From contig CAZUUO010000003.1 in assembly GCA_964622665.1 (NCBI GenBank), positions 1-45,448 on the forward strand: a DNA stretch of 45,448 nt, read 5' to 3'. Origin of the DNA: an uncultured Gammaproteobacteria bacterium (GTDB lineage Bacteria > Patescibacteriota > Patescibacteriia > Magasanikbacterales > GCA-002688135). Positions within the stretch are counted from its first letter, which is position 1. The number at the start of each line of letters is the position of its first letter. A program made the position numbers and the translations under genes. A model generated the notes under the pieces. The model had not been told where the DNA came from and searched no databases. It saw only the letters and a list, made by a program, of their open reading frames with translations. Of the stretch, positions 34,418 to 43,220 are shown one piece after another.

Positions 34418-36011
34418 ATAATATCACTGTTTCATCTCGATAGATTTGTTCAAACACCATTTCTTTATCTGATCCTTTTTCTTGCCATGTCCCATTTTTT
34501 TGAAATGCAGCAATGGCATCGCTTTGTTCATACAGCGCAAATACCCGAACTCCTGCTTTTTGTAATGCGGTTATTGACTCCTTCATTTGTGGACTTTCCC
34601 ATGCTTCACTCATTACTCTTCGTTGTGGAAACACCACCTTGTCGAGAGATTTGGTGAGCACTACAGCATCAGAGGGAATATAGTTGAGCGCCACGTTAGT
34701 GCTGGTATCATAGTGCACATGACGTGCAACCATTGCGGTGACTCCATCAGCCCCTCGATACACCACCCGTACACTCGTGATCATCGCCAACACCGCAATT
34801 ACTGAAAATGCCACGAGCACCCATTTTTCATAACGATCTTTTATTGTTTCTAATGCGATGGCAATCAAGGGAAGTAACATGATACTTGCTACCAACCAAT
34901 ACCGCACATAGGAATTGCTGATCGTGACTGCTCCCAACCCCGAATCATTAAACATAAAAATGCCGTAGGCAATCCACTGTGCAACCATCACATACACACA
35001 CACCGCACACAAGCGCACATAGTGCGTGATCACATCGTGCGTTACCTTACGCACATAGCGATAGTACAACACTACCCCCAACCCCCCCGCACCCAATGTC
35101 GCATGTACCCATTGCAATTTTCCAAAATAATTCCACACATTTTTTATCATGTCACTACTGTGACTACCAAACGGTAATGAAATACCTGACGATAAAATCA
35201 TGGAAGTATTGAGTATTTCTAGCGATGGATGCCGTAAAAACCACGTCACAACACCATATCCAAGCACAGTCAACACACCACAGCCCATAAATAATAGTGA
35301 GGCTTTGCGCATTTCTTTGTAATACCCGTACAGATATGCAAGGAGTGGCAACATCCACACGAACTCAATGGGACGGATGAGTACTGCTAATCCAAAACTT
35401 GCGCCCGACAACAGCAACGTCAGACGACGCGCGAATACGGTTTGAGTTTTTTGTAACGCATATGCAGCGCCACACCACGACACTACTAGCAGCATTGCAA
35501 ACGCAATGTTGTTGTGCCATGCACGAAATGAAAAGTAGAGTATGCCCGGCATGATGAGTGATAACGAACCTACCAACCACGATGTTTCTCGTGAAAAATG
35601 TAAGCGCGCAATTGATAATACGGCAATACTCATGATGATTGTGAGGAGTGGTGTGAGCAAAGGTACAACATCAAAGCCTACCGCGCGCGCAAGCAAACCA
35701 TAGATGAGTGACATGCCCCAAAATACCGAATGAGAAACTATCCCTCCATGACTTTCCATGGCACGAGGATGTACTCGATCAAACGCGATTCCGTTGTAGA
35801 GTTCAGTGGTGTGCAGTTGTCCTTGTTCTGCAACCGTATGTGCAAAAAAATTGTTTGCGCGTTCGTCCGGTGACATGAACGAGGTGGTTACCGTTGCAAA
35901 TGACTGCAAAGAAACCCATAAAAATATGAGTACTGAAATTGCGTACCAAAGGACCGGTACGAATTCCCCCCACTTCACTCCTTTTGATTCTCGTGTAACA
36001 ATAAAGGACAC
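34389..36011 (-). CDS. GT-C fold glycosyltransferase-like membrane protein (ArnT/PMT, GT39/83-like)
   Basis: About 12 TM segments. A D-E pair lies in the first extracytoplasmic loop (SPDERANNFFAH) and there is a C-terminal soluble domain. GTG start, and the exact start is uncertain. Confidence 0.55.
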   Translation of the reverse strand: MSFIVTRESKGVKWGEFVPVLWYAISVLIFLWVSLQSFATVTTSFMSPDERANNFFAHTVAEQGQLHTTELYNGIAFDRVHPRAMESHGGIVSHSVFWGMSLIYGLLARAVGFDVVPLLTPLLTIIMSIAVLSIARLHFSRETSWLVGSLSLIMPGILYFSFRAWHNNIAFAMLLVVSWCGAAYALQKTQTVFARRLTLLLSGASFGLAVLIRPIEFVWMLPLLAYLYGYYKEMRKASLLFMGCGVLTVLGYGVVTWFLRHPSLEILNTSMILSSGISLPFGSHSSDMIKNVWNYFGKLQWVHATLGAGGLGVVLYYRYVRKVTHDVITHYVRLCAVCVYVMVAQWIAYGIFMFNDSGLGAVTISNSYVRYWLVASIMLLPLIAIALETIKDRYEKWVLVAFSVIAVLAMITSVRVVYRGADGVTAMVARHVHYDTSTNVALNYIPSDAVVLTKSLDKVVFPQRRVMSEAWESPQMKESITALQKAGVRVFALYEQSDAIAAFQKNGTWQEKGSDKEMVFEQIYRDETVILYEIFVGGTQ

Positions 36012-36014
36012 ACT

Positions 36015-38018
36015 ATGAATATCATGTATATATGTGGAGCACTCGCTGCGGCTCTCTATGGCCTCAACGCACCCTCGCTTTCGTGCCTTTTCTTTATATT
36101 GTATAGTACCGCATCTGCGTCATATTTGGCAATGAAATTTTTTGGCGAGAGAAGTCACTCCTTTTCATGGGGTTTTTTACTGTTTTGCGGCACCTTTTGC
36201 AGTATTGGGACAATACTCTACTACGTATTCTCCTGGAATATCTATACCATCACCGCAACCATGTTTCTCACACCACTTGTCGGTTTATTTTCAAAAGTAC
36301 AAAAAAATGAGTCGCCTGAGGTTCCCTTACTTGATGAAGTTGCTGCTGTTGTTTCCAGCGCCTCACCATTTCACTGGCTCTTTAGTGCGTCTATGTTACT
36401 ATTCGTGTATTACACCGCAACGTTTGCAACCGATAGTTCTGTGCGTACGCCCTTTGAATTATTACCCGCCAAATTTTTCGTGATACTTGGTATCCTTGCT
36501 ACTATATTTTTTTACTATCTCTTTTCACGACTTCGCGATGTAAAACCGTATGTTGCCGGATTATTACTCGTGTCATTTCCATTACTGCTCGGAAGTTTGT
36601 TAGTGCCTCTTGGTTTTGGTTTTGATCCCTTCATTCACATCACAACACAGGAACACATCGCACAATACGGAGAAATTTTACCTAAAACCCCGTACTACCT
36701 TGGTGCCTATATTATTCCAACCACCATTTCAATTCTCTCTCACTCACTTCCCTTTCTTGGTTTTGTTGATCGCTTTATTGCACCACTCCTGTTATCCCTC
36801 GTGGCATTTCTTATTGCGCGATTATACACGAGCTCACCAAAGGCAGCAGTTTTTTCTCTCCTCACTCTCTTTCTATTACCTGTTTCTGCATTTACTATCA
36901 CCACACCGCATGCTCTCGCCGTTTGTTTTGGATTACTTGCTCTTGCTTGTGCCATCAAACAATCACCGATCATCACAACATTTATTTTTGCGGTTACCGC
37001 TTGCTTCATGCATCCACTCGTGGGAGTTGGTGCACTACTCCTTTCACTTATTATTTTCTCAGCTCACCATCGTCAGTATCTTATCGCAGCACTCCTATTA
37101 CCGACACTTGTCCTATATCCTGCACTCCTCTTATCCTGTGTCACCGTGTGTACGATCCCGTCATCAATTGCTGTTCCCACACTTCCTTATTTCACCTCAT
37201 TTGTAGTTTCCTTTGATACCCTCCTTGACGCACTCTACGGAATATTATCCGCAACACCCTTTATAGTACTCACCATTATTATCTGTGCCACGTTTATTAA
37301 ACGCACTACCGAAGAACGACGGATATACTATTTTTTGGGCGGTGGTTTGTTGTGTCTCTTGCTCTCTAGTTTTTTAGTACAAGGTATTTCGCTACAAAAT
37401 GTTATCACCTATGAAGGAGGTGTCTTTGCAACGCGCATGATCACGATTGCCCTTATTTTTACATTCCCTTTTTACGTACAAGGTACTGATACTATATTCA
37501 CCTATGTTGCATCGCAAAAGTTTTTACTGAGAGCTTCGTTTGCTGTTCTCTTTGGTCTCTTGTTTACCGCTTCGGTTTTTTCACTCTATCCTCGTCACAA
37601 CAATGTTGAAATCAGTCGTTTTTACTCGATATCACACAATGACTTCGACGTGGTGACCCGTATTGCTGAAGATGCAGGTACCGCTGAATATACGGTGCTT
37701 GCGCCACAACCAACTTCAACGGCTGCTTTGCGTACGTTTGGATTTACTCATTACCAAAAAACCACCGAAGGAACAAAACAATTTTTTTATCCCATTCCTA
37801 CCGGCGGAACGTTGTACAGTTTTTATTTGAAACTCGTTAATACCGAAATTAATCGTGATACTGTCGCACAAGCAGCACAGTACATGGGAAGCACGCGCGT
37901 ATATGTCGTTATCCCTGCGTATTGGTTTGATAGCGCTCGACTATTTCGTGAACTTAACGCAACTGCGGATGCCGTATTTACCGTCGGCACGACAATGGTT
38001 GGTGTCTATCAATGGTAA
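36015..38018 (+). CDS. Large polytopic membrane protein with C-terminal soluble domain (possible GT-C-like; function unknown)
   Basis: 667 aa with 14 or more hydrophobic segments. I found no STT3 WWDYG motif. Confidence 0.5.
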   Translation: MNIMYICGALAAALYGLNAPSLSCLFFILYSTASASYLAMKFFGERSHSFSWGFLLFCGTFCSIGTILYYVFSWNIYTITATMFLTPLVGLFSKVQKNESPEVPLLDEVAAVVSSASPFHWLFSASMLLFVYYTATFATDSSVRTPFELLPAKFFVILGILATIFFYYLFSRLRDVKPYVAGLLLVSFPLLLGSLLVPLGFGFDPFIHITTQEHIAQYGEILPKTPYYLGAYIIPTTISILSHSLPFLGFVDRFIAPLLLSLVAFLIARLYTSSPKAAVFSLLTLFLLPVSAFTITTPHALAVCFGLLALACAIKQSPIITTFIFAVTACFMHPLVGVGALLLSLIIFSAHHRQYLIAALLLPTLVLYPALLLSCVTVCTIPSSIAVPTLPYFTSFVVSFDTLLDALYGILSATPFIVLTIIICATFIKRTTEERRIYYFLGGGLLCLLLSSFLVQGISLQNVITYEGGVFATRMITIALIFTFPFYVQGTDTIFTYVASQKFLLRASFAVLFGLLFTASVFSLYPRHNNVEISRFYSISHNDFDVVTRIAEDAGTAEYTVLAPQPTSTAALRTFGFTHYQKTTEGTKQFFYPIPTGGTLYSFYLKLVNTEINRDTVAQAAQYMGSTRVYVVIPAYWFDSARLFRELNATADAVFTVGTTMVGVYQW

Positions 38019-38019
38019 T

Positions 38020-39099
38020 TTACCCGCGAGGTCGTTTATCATGCAGACACAATCTCACATCTTGCAGACGCGAGATAACTTCATGTAACGCGTTTTCTAA
38101 ACCTTCTTGTGTTGGGGTAAACAGTATATCGTCAGCAAACAATAATTCAGGTATTCCTCCAATATTACTTGCACACACCAGCATCCCCTCACGATGCGCC
38201 TCTCCAATCACGCGGGGCGCATTTTCATATACGACACTCGGCACAACAAGCACATCAGCAGTTTTCATGATGCGGGCTACTTCTTCACCACTTACTTTTC
38301 CTACCAACGTAACGTTTGCTGGCGCAGTGTGTTGTATGTTTTCCAAAAAATTTCCTTCACCAACTATGGTTGCTCGATGTTGTGGAAATTTTTTCATTGC
38401 TTCTAATAACAAATCAACACCTTTATGTTTTTCTCCCTGACCAACAAACAACAGATGCACGGAGTCATGATAGGTAATAGGACGGGGATGATAGGTTTGT
38501 TCTGGAATCATCACCTTTTTTTGTGCCTTCGCAAAAAATCCGTATCGCTCATGCAAACGTGCTACATATTGCGATAAAAAAATAACTTGTTGTACGGGCG
38601 CAAAACAAAACCGCATCCACGCACGATATACCGTTGCACTCACGCGTTGTACCGCGTCCTCATGACCAAACCAAATTAAACCACTTCCCTCTACCAGTTG
38701 TACATCGTGTACCACATGAACATGGGGCACGCGCGCAGCCCAAATTCCCCACGGAATCATCATGCCAATCCCTTTCAGATTGTGCGTAATCACCTGCTCG
38801 TAATTTTGTTTTGCAAGCAGTCGATACACAAACCACGCACTGCGCACCGACATCATATCAATCACATGAAACACCGCGCGGGCTATTACTGATTTTGAGG
38901 TGATATCTCCGTAAAAAAAGATGTTGTGTGTTTGAAAGGCGACCTCTTCTCTTGTGATCTTCGTTTTTTCTCGACTTGCCGACAACACCGTCACGTCATG
39001 CCCCTGCGCCCGCAAACGAGCAACGTCAACAGTGGCAAACTTTTCAGCGCCGCCCTTTGCCTCCTTCCCATAGAGATTTGAAATGACGAGTATTTTCAT
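38020..39099 (-). CDS. Glycosyltransferase family 4
   Basis: MKILVISNLYGKEAKGGAEKF and C-terminal VVPSVVYENAPRVIGEAHREGMLVCASNIGGIPELL. The start is set to ATG 39099. The track start is 39150. Confidence 0.85.
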   Translation of the reverse strand: MKILVISNLYGKEAKGGAEKFATVDVARLRAQGHDVTVLSASREKTKITREEVAFQTHNIFFYGDITSKSVIARAVFHVIDMMSVRSAWFVYRLLAKQNYEQVITHNLKGIGMMIPWGIWAARVPHVHVVHDVQLVEGSGLIWFGHEDAVQRVSATVYRAWMRFCFAPVQQVIFLSQYVARLHERYGFFAKAQKKVMIPEQTYHPRPITYHDSVHLLFVGQGEKHKGVDLLLEAMKKFPQHRATIVGEGNFLENIQHTAPANVTLVGKVSGEEVARIMKTADVLVVPSVVYENAPRVIGEAHREGMLVCASNIGGIPELLFADDILFTPTQEGLENALHEVISRLQDVRLCLHDKRPRG

Positions 39100-39200
39100 G
39101 GTTTGACTATACGGTTTTTTTGAGGTTTTGTCACCTTTTTTGTTATCCACTCCCTGTCCACTTCATCCTTTGCGCTAACTTGCTAGGATAGGGGTAATCT

Positions 39201-40736
39201 ATGGCTGATCATATCAAAGTCCCACCCCACAATCTTGAAGCCGAGAAATCACTCTTGGGCAGTATTTTGATTGATGCCAATGCTTTCATTAAAGTTGGTG
39301 ACCAAATCCAATCCGAAGATTTTTATCTTGATGTCCATCGCATTATTTTTACGGTCATGGTGGAGTTATTCTCTCGTCATCAACCGATCGATGTTCTCAC
39401 CCTCTCCAACCGTCTTGAAGAATTGGAACGTCTCCAATCTATTGGTGGCCGCAGTTATTTGGTTGAATTGGGTAACTCTGTTTCTAGTTCCTCCCACATC
39501 ATCCACTATGCATCAATTATCAAAAAGAAAGCGACGTTGCGCCGTTTGTTGAGCGCCTCAGCTGAAATCACTGAATTAAGTTTCAATGAAGAGGAAGATA
39601 TCGACATTATTATTGATCGAGCTGAACAAACACTCTTTTCAGTTTCTTCACAAGGAACCAACAAAACATTTGTCCCGCTCACCAGCATGTTGTCTGAAGC
39701 GTTTGAACGCATTGATGAACTACACCGTGATAAAGGAAAAACACGTGGCGTACCTTCGGGATTTACCGGGCTTGATTCACTGCTTGGTGGATTTCAAAAA
39801 TCTGATTTGATTATTTTAGCTGCTCGTCCATCAGTGGGTAAAACTGCGTTTGTGCTGGACGTTGCGCGCCAAGCTGCCGTGCGTTCCAAATTACCCGTTG
39901 CTCTTTTTTCATTGGAAATGGCCAAGGAACAACTCGTTGATCGTATGATTTCTAGTGAGGCTAATGTTGATCTATGGAAAATGCGTAGCGGACGACTCTC
40001 TGATCAAGGTGAGGTTGATGATTTCACCCGTATTGGTCACGCGCTCGGCGTGCTTGCTGAAGCACCCATTTTTATTGATGATACCCCAGCAACAACCGTG
40101 ACCCAAATTAGAACCAAAGCACGTCGTCTCCAAACAGAACACGGTCTTGGCATGATTATCATTGATTACTTACAACTCATTGATTCAAAAACGAGTGTGG
40201 AAAATCGTGTGCAAGAAATTTCTCAAATTTCACGCTCCTTAAAAATGATCGCCCGTGAATTAAACATTCCCGTGATCGCATTGTCACAGTTGTCACGTAC
40301 TGTTGAAATGACCAAACCGGCTATTCCTCGTTTGTCACACTTGCGTGATTCAGGTTCTATTGAGCAGGATGCTGATATCGTTGTCTTTTTGTATCGTAAA
40401 GCTGCCGACCGCAACTATCGCCTTGAAGATATTCCCCCTGAAGAACGAAACCTCGCTGAAGTCCACATCGCAAAACACAGAAACGGTCCAACGGGTGTGG
40501 TAAAACTATTTTTTGATGCAGCACGCGTGAGTTTTCGTAATTTGGAAAATCATTACGGTGAAAATGGTGGAGCACAAAAATCTCCGCCACCTGCCGCCAA
40601 CCGTCCACAAGCTCCCGCACAACCAAATCAATTCGCACAAAAACCACGTCCGGTATATGGCGTTCCTCGCCCGAGTGCCCCCACTACTACCGGTACACCG
40701 TCGGCACCGAAAGCACCACCGATTCCTCCGATGTAA
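39201..40736 (+). CDS. dnaB: Replicative DNA helicase DnaB with a 59-aa Pro-rich C-terminal tail
   Basis: N-terminal PPHNLEAEKSLLGSIL, Walker A ARPSVGKT, IIIDYLQL and SQLSR motifs. Confidence 0.95.
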   Translation: MADHIKVPPHNLEAEKSLLGSILIDANAFIKVGDQIQSEDFYLDVHRIIFTVMVELFSRHQPIDVLTLSNRLEELERLQSIGGRSYLVELGNSVSSSSHIIHYASIIKKKATLRRLLSASAEITELSFNEEEDIDIIIDRAEQTLFSVSSQGTNKTFVPLTSMLSEAFERIDELHRDKGKTRGVPSGFTGLDSLLGGFQKSDLIILAARPSVGKTAFVLDVARQAAVRSKLPVALFSLEMAKEQLVDRMISSEANVDLWKMRSGRLSDQGEVDDFTRIGHALGVLAEAPIFIDDTPATTVTQIRTKARRLQTEHGLGMIIIDYLQLIDSKTSVENRVQEISQISRSLKMIARELNIPVIALSQLSRTVEMTKPAIPRLSHLRDSGSIEQDADIVVFLYRKAADRNYRLEDIPPEERNLAEVHIAKHRNGPTGVVKLFFDAARVSFRNLENHYGENGGAQKSPPPAANRPQAPAQPNQFAQKPRPVYGVPRPSAPTTTGTPSAPKAPPIPPM

Positions 40737-40801
40737 TAAAAGTTTTCCGTTGACGTTTCCCCTCACATTTCTTACGCTATAACTACCTAACTAATACCTA
40801 T

Positions 40802-41128
40802 ATGTTTAACAAACTCAAACAATTCAAAGACATGGCATCGATGGCAAAAAAGGCTCAAGAATTACAATCGATGTTATCACAAGAAAAAGTTGTTGGTTCA
40901 GCACAGGGTGACAAAATCACCGTTACTATTAATGGTAATTTTGGATGTGAAGGAGTGCACATTGATGCACCATTACTCAGTGCCGACAATCAACGCAAAG
41001 TTGAAGATGGTGTCAAAGAAGCAATCACTGACGCGGTCAAAAAAATCCAAGGAGTGATGGCTGCAAAAATGAAATCACAAATGGGTGACATGGATTTTTC
41101 AAAACTCATGGGTGGTGAACAACAATAA
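40802..41128 (+). CDS. ybaB: YbaB/EbfC-family nucleoid-associated protein
   Basis: 108 aa. The MAKKAQELQSML...V.G....GDKITVTING pattern fits, as does the conserved ybaB-recR gene order. Confidence 0.9.
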   Translation: MFNKLKQFKDMASMAKKAQELQSMLSQEKVVGSAQGDKITVTINGNFGCEGVHIDAPLLSADNQRKVEDGVKEAITDAVKKIQGVMAAKMKSQMGDMDFSKLMGGEQQ

Positions 41129-41130
41129 GT

Positions 41131-41721
41131 ATGTTTCCAAGCGCACTCAAACATTTGATCGATGCGTTTGGCAAGATAAACGGTGTTGGACCAAAAACGG
41201 CATTACGATATGCGCTCCACACCGCTTATTTTAATCGTCACGATGGTGCCGCACTCTTACGCGCATTACAAGAAGTACAAAACACCTTACATGATTGTAC
41301 GGTGTGTTTTACGATTGCTGATGCACAGTTGTGTCACATTTGTGCGGCAACGACGCGTAACAAAAGTATCGTGTGTGTGGTTGCGTCTCCTCAAGAGGTG
41401 GAAACAATTGAAAAAGCGGGAACTTATGAAGGGGTGTACCATGTACTGCAAGGTCTCTTGAGTCAGGCCGAAGGTATTGATGTTGCAGATATTAAAATAG
41501 CAGAATTGGAAAAGCGGATTGCTGCGGGAGGAATTTCTGAAATTATTTTGGCGATGTCGCCGACCGTTGAAGGTGAAATTACTGCACATTATTTACAAAA
41601 AAAGTTGAAAGGTTTAGTGAAAATTTCTCGTATTGCGCGAGGTTTACCGATGGGTTCGTTGCTTGAGTATATGGATGACGCGACGATTGCCGAAGCGTTG
41701 CGTGACCGAAAAGTTTCATAA
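41131..41721 (+). CDS. recR: Recombination protein RecR
   Basis: HhH segment INGVGPKTALRYA, Cys4 zinc finger CTVCFTI...CHIC, and a Toprim domain. Confidence 0.95.
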   Translation: MFPSALKHLIDAFGKINGVGPKTALRYALHTAYFNRHDGAALLRALQEVQNTLHDCTVCFTIADAQLCHICAATTRNKSIVCVVASPQEVETIEKAGTYEGVYHVLQGLLSQAEGIDVADIKIAELEKRIAAGGISEIILAMSPTVEGEITAHYLQKKLKGLVKISRIARGLPMGSLLEYMDDATIAEALRDRKVS

Positions 41722-41727
41722 AAAGAA

Positions 41728-41769
41728 AAAGACTTCACGTAAACCCGTAGGTTAGTCGTGAAGTCTTTT
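41728..41769. terminator. Bidirectional terminator shared by recR (+) and the GC-rich orphan gene (-)
   Basis: AAA-GACTTCACG-17 nt-CGTGAAGTC-TTTT, with a T-run on the opposite strand as well. Confidence 0.75.
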
Positions 41770-41901
41770 GACAACTGTCGCTGGAAAGACAAGGAAGGGG
41801 GAGGGACGCGTGTTGACACATCCCTTCAAACGTGGAGCGTTAACTCCATGTTGAGCACTCAGAGGATCTGAGCACTCACCCCTCCCTCAGCGAGGCGGTT
41901 G

Positions 41902-42783
41902 TTAGACCGACTCGACGCTGCGGGGGGTGCGCTTGGTGGGCTTCTTGTTGCCGAGACCTCCGAGAAGGCTCGTCACCTGGGCCGTGTCTTCGGCGGAGAG
42001 CACAGGCTCGGTGGGGCGGGTCTTGCGACCGTTCCCGTCGTTGCCCATCGCTGCTACACCGAGGCCACCGAGCAGGTTGCCCATGCTGTGGGTGATCTTG
42101 CGATCGTTTTCACGCATGGCGTTCTGCTGCGCGAGGCGCTCCGTGTCGAGACGGTGGAAGTGCATACGCAGCTTCCACTCGACCTCCAACTCCGAGAAGA
42201 TCTCGGCGAACACGAACGTGAACGGCTTCGTGGCCTGCTTCGCGAGCCGATCGGCCTTGGCGGCGTCGGACCCCCGGAGACGTGCACGAAGTTCCTCGTC
42301 CATGTCCTTGTCGTCGTCATCCGCGTCGTTGTTGCCGAACCCCTTGCTGAGGAGCTGCTTCGCGTACTGCGTACGGAGAGCCTTTGCGTGGGCGGAGCCC
42401 AACGCGTACTTGCTCAGCTCCTTGACCAGCGCCCCGACCAGGGTCGACTCGACGGCCTTGTACTCCGTCGCGGACTTCTTGTCCTCGTCGAGGCCCTTGA
42501 ACACACCGACAGTGATGGCAGCTGCGTTCGCGAGCCGCCAGTCGTTGGCCTCCATGAGCTTGTGGCCGAGGATGAAGAGGTTGGCCGCGTTGGCCTCATC
42601 CCCACCGAGGGCCGGGATCACCTTGAGGGCTTCACAGTACTTGATGGCGCGTGTAGCCTTGGTCTCGGAGATCGTGACGACCTCCTGCTCCCTACCGAAG
42701 CGGACGAACTGGTAGGTGCCGTTCTTCAGGTTGTCGATGGTCTGCGTGGCGAAGACGGAACGGAAGTTGATCTCGTTGCTCAT
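41902..42783 (-). CDS. Orphan 293-aa protein of unknown function, GC3-saturated foreign-looking gene
   Basis: ATG 42783 is preceded by GGAG plus 7 nt. The product starts MSNEINFRSVFATQTIDNLKNGTYQFVRFGREQ... It has an acidic patch NNDADDDDKDMDEE and a Gly-rich basic tail with LLGGLG twice. Third codon positions are almost all G/C. I trimmed 54 codons of leader from the track ORF 41902..42945. Confidence 0.7.
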   Translation of the reverse strand: MSNEINFRSVFATQTIDNLKNGTYQFVRFGREQEVVTISETKATRAIKYCEALKVIPALGGDEANAANLFILGHKLMEANDWRLANAAAITVGVFKGLDEDKKSATEYKAVESTLVGALVKELSKYALGSAHAKALRTQYAKQLLSKGFGNNDADDDDKDMDEELRARLRGSDAAKADRLAKQATKPFTFVFAEIFSELEVEWKLRMHFHRLDTERLAQQNAMRENDRKITHSMGNLLGGLGVAAMGNDGNGRKTRPTEPVLSAEDTAQVTSLLGGLGNKKPTKRTPRSVESV

Positions 42784-42989
42784 GTGTTTTCTCCGTGTGC
42801 GGGTGGCAATCGATGCCCCCGCGTCGTCGTTTGGGAGAGCGCTTGGGCAACCACACCATTGTGGATGACCCTGTGTGCGAACTCCCTCTAGTCTCTGAAC
42901 TTCTACAGTGCAAGAGCGCATTACTTTCCCGTAACGCACTCTCACGATTCGATCGTCTTGTCCTTTTTCATCGTTTTCAGGCGATGAGT

Positions 42990-43154
42990 TTAAGAACTTG
43001 ATAATCTTTGGTCAACAACTCGCTTATTTCTTTCACTCTCGCTTACCGCAAGAATGAAAGACGTGGGCGTGATGCTGACCGTTAAATCGCTACCTTGAAG
43101 CGCAATACATTGTGCACCAAGGTAGAACGAGTGCGTTACTTCTTTTCTTTCCAT
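42990..43154 (-). CDS. Candidate 54-aa small ORF inside the long leader (very uncertain)
   Basis: My own translation: MERKEVTHSFYLGAQCIALQGSDLTVSITPTSFILAVSESERNKRVVDQRLSSS. There is no Shine-Dalgarno sequence upstream, and it is below the ORF-track length cutoff. Confidence 0.2.
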   Translation of the reverse strand: MERKEVTHSFYLGAQCIALQGSDLTVSITPTSFILAVSESERNKRVVDQRLSSS

Positions 43155-43220
43155 TACAGTTGTTAATGTTCTCGATTAAGTAGGCGTTGTTTCTCTTGCC
43201 TCATCTCATCGTAACGTCGT

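Noticed and set aside
41899-42891. 330-aa and 262-aa plus-strand ORFs opposite the GC-rich orphan gene.
   Set aside because: This is the same GC artefact. The products are Arg/Leu/Gly/Ser-rich with no start signals. The minus frame has GGAG plus ATG, a strong third-position G/C bias and normal protein composition.
42987-43015. A second promoter-like element, TTGACC-17 nt-TAAACT, on the minus strand about 200 nt upstream of the orphan gene.
   Set aside because: Not called as a feature. It is weaker than the consensus promoter at 43221..43249, and its -10 coincides with the stop codon of the candidate small ORF. It remains a possible proximal promoter and would shorten the leader if real.
42784-43220. 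Known ncRNA classes in the long leader: tmRNA-like caaacgacgac, a T-box-like gagagtg, and riboswitch cores.
   Set aside because: These are only short chance-level strings. I could not find a tRNA-like acceptor/T-arm, a tag ORF, an RNase P CR-I (GAGGAAAGUCC), an SRP domain IV or any riboswitch consensus that I can recall.
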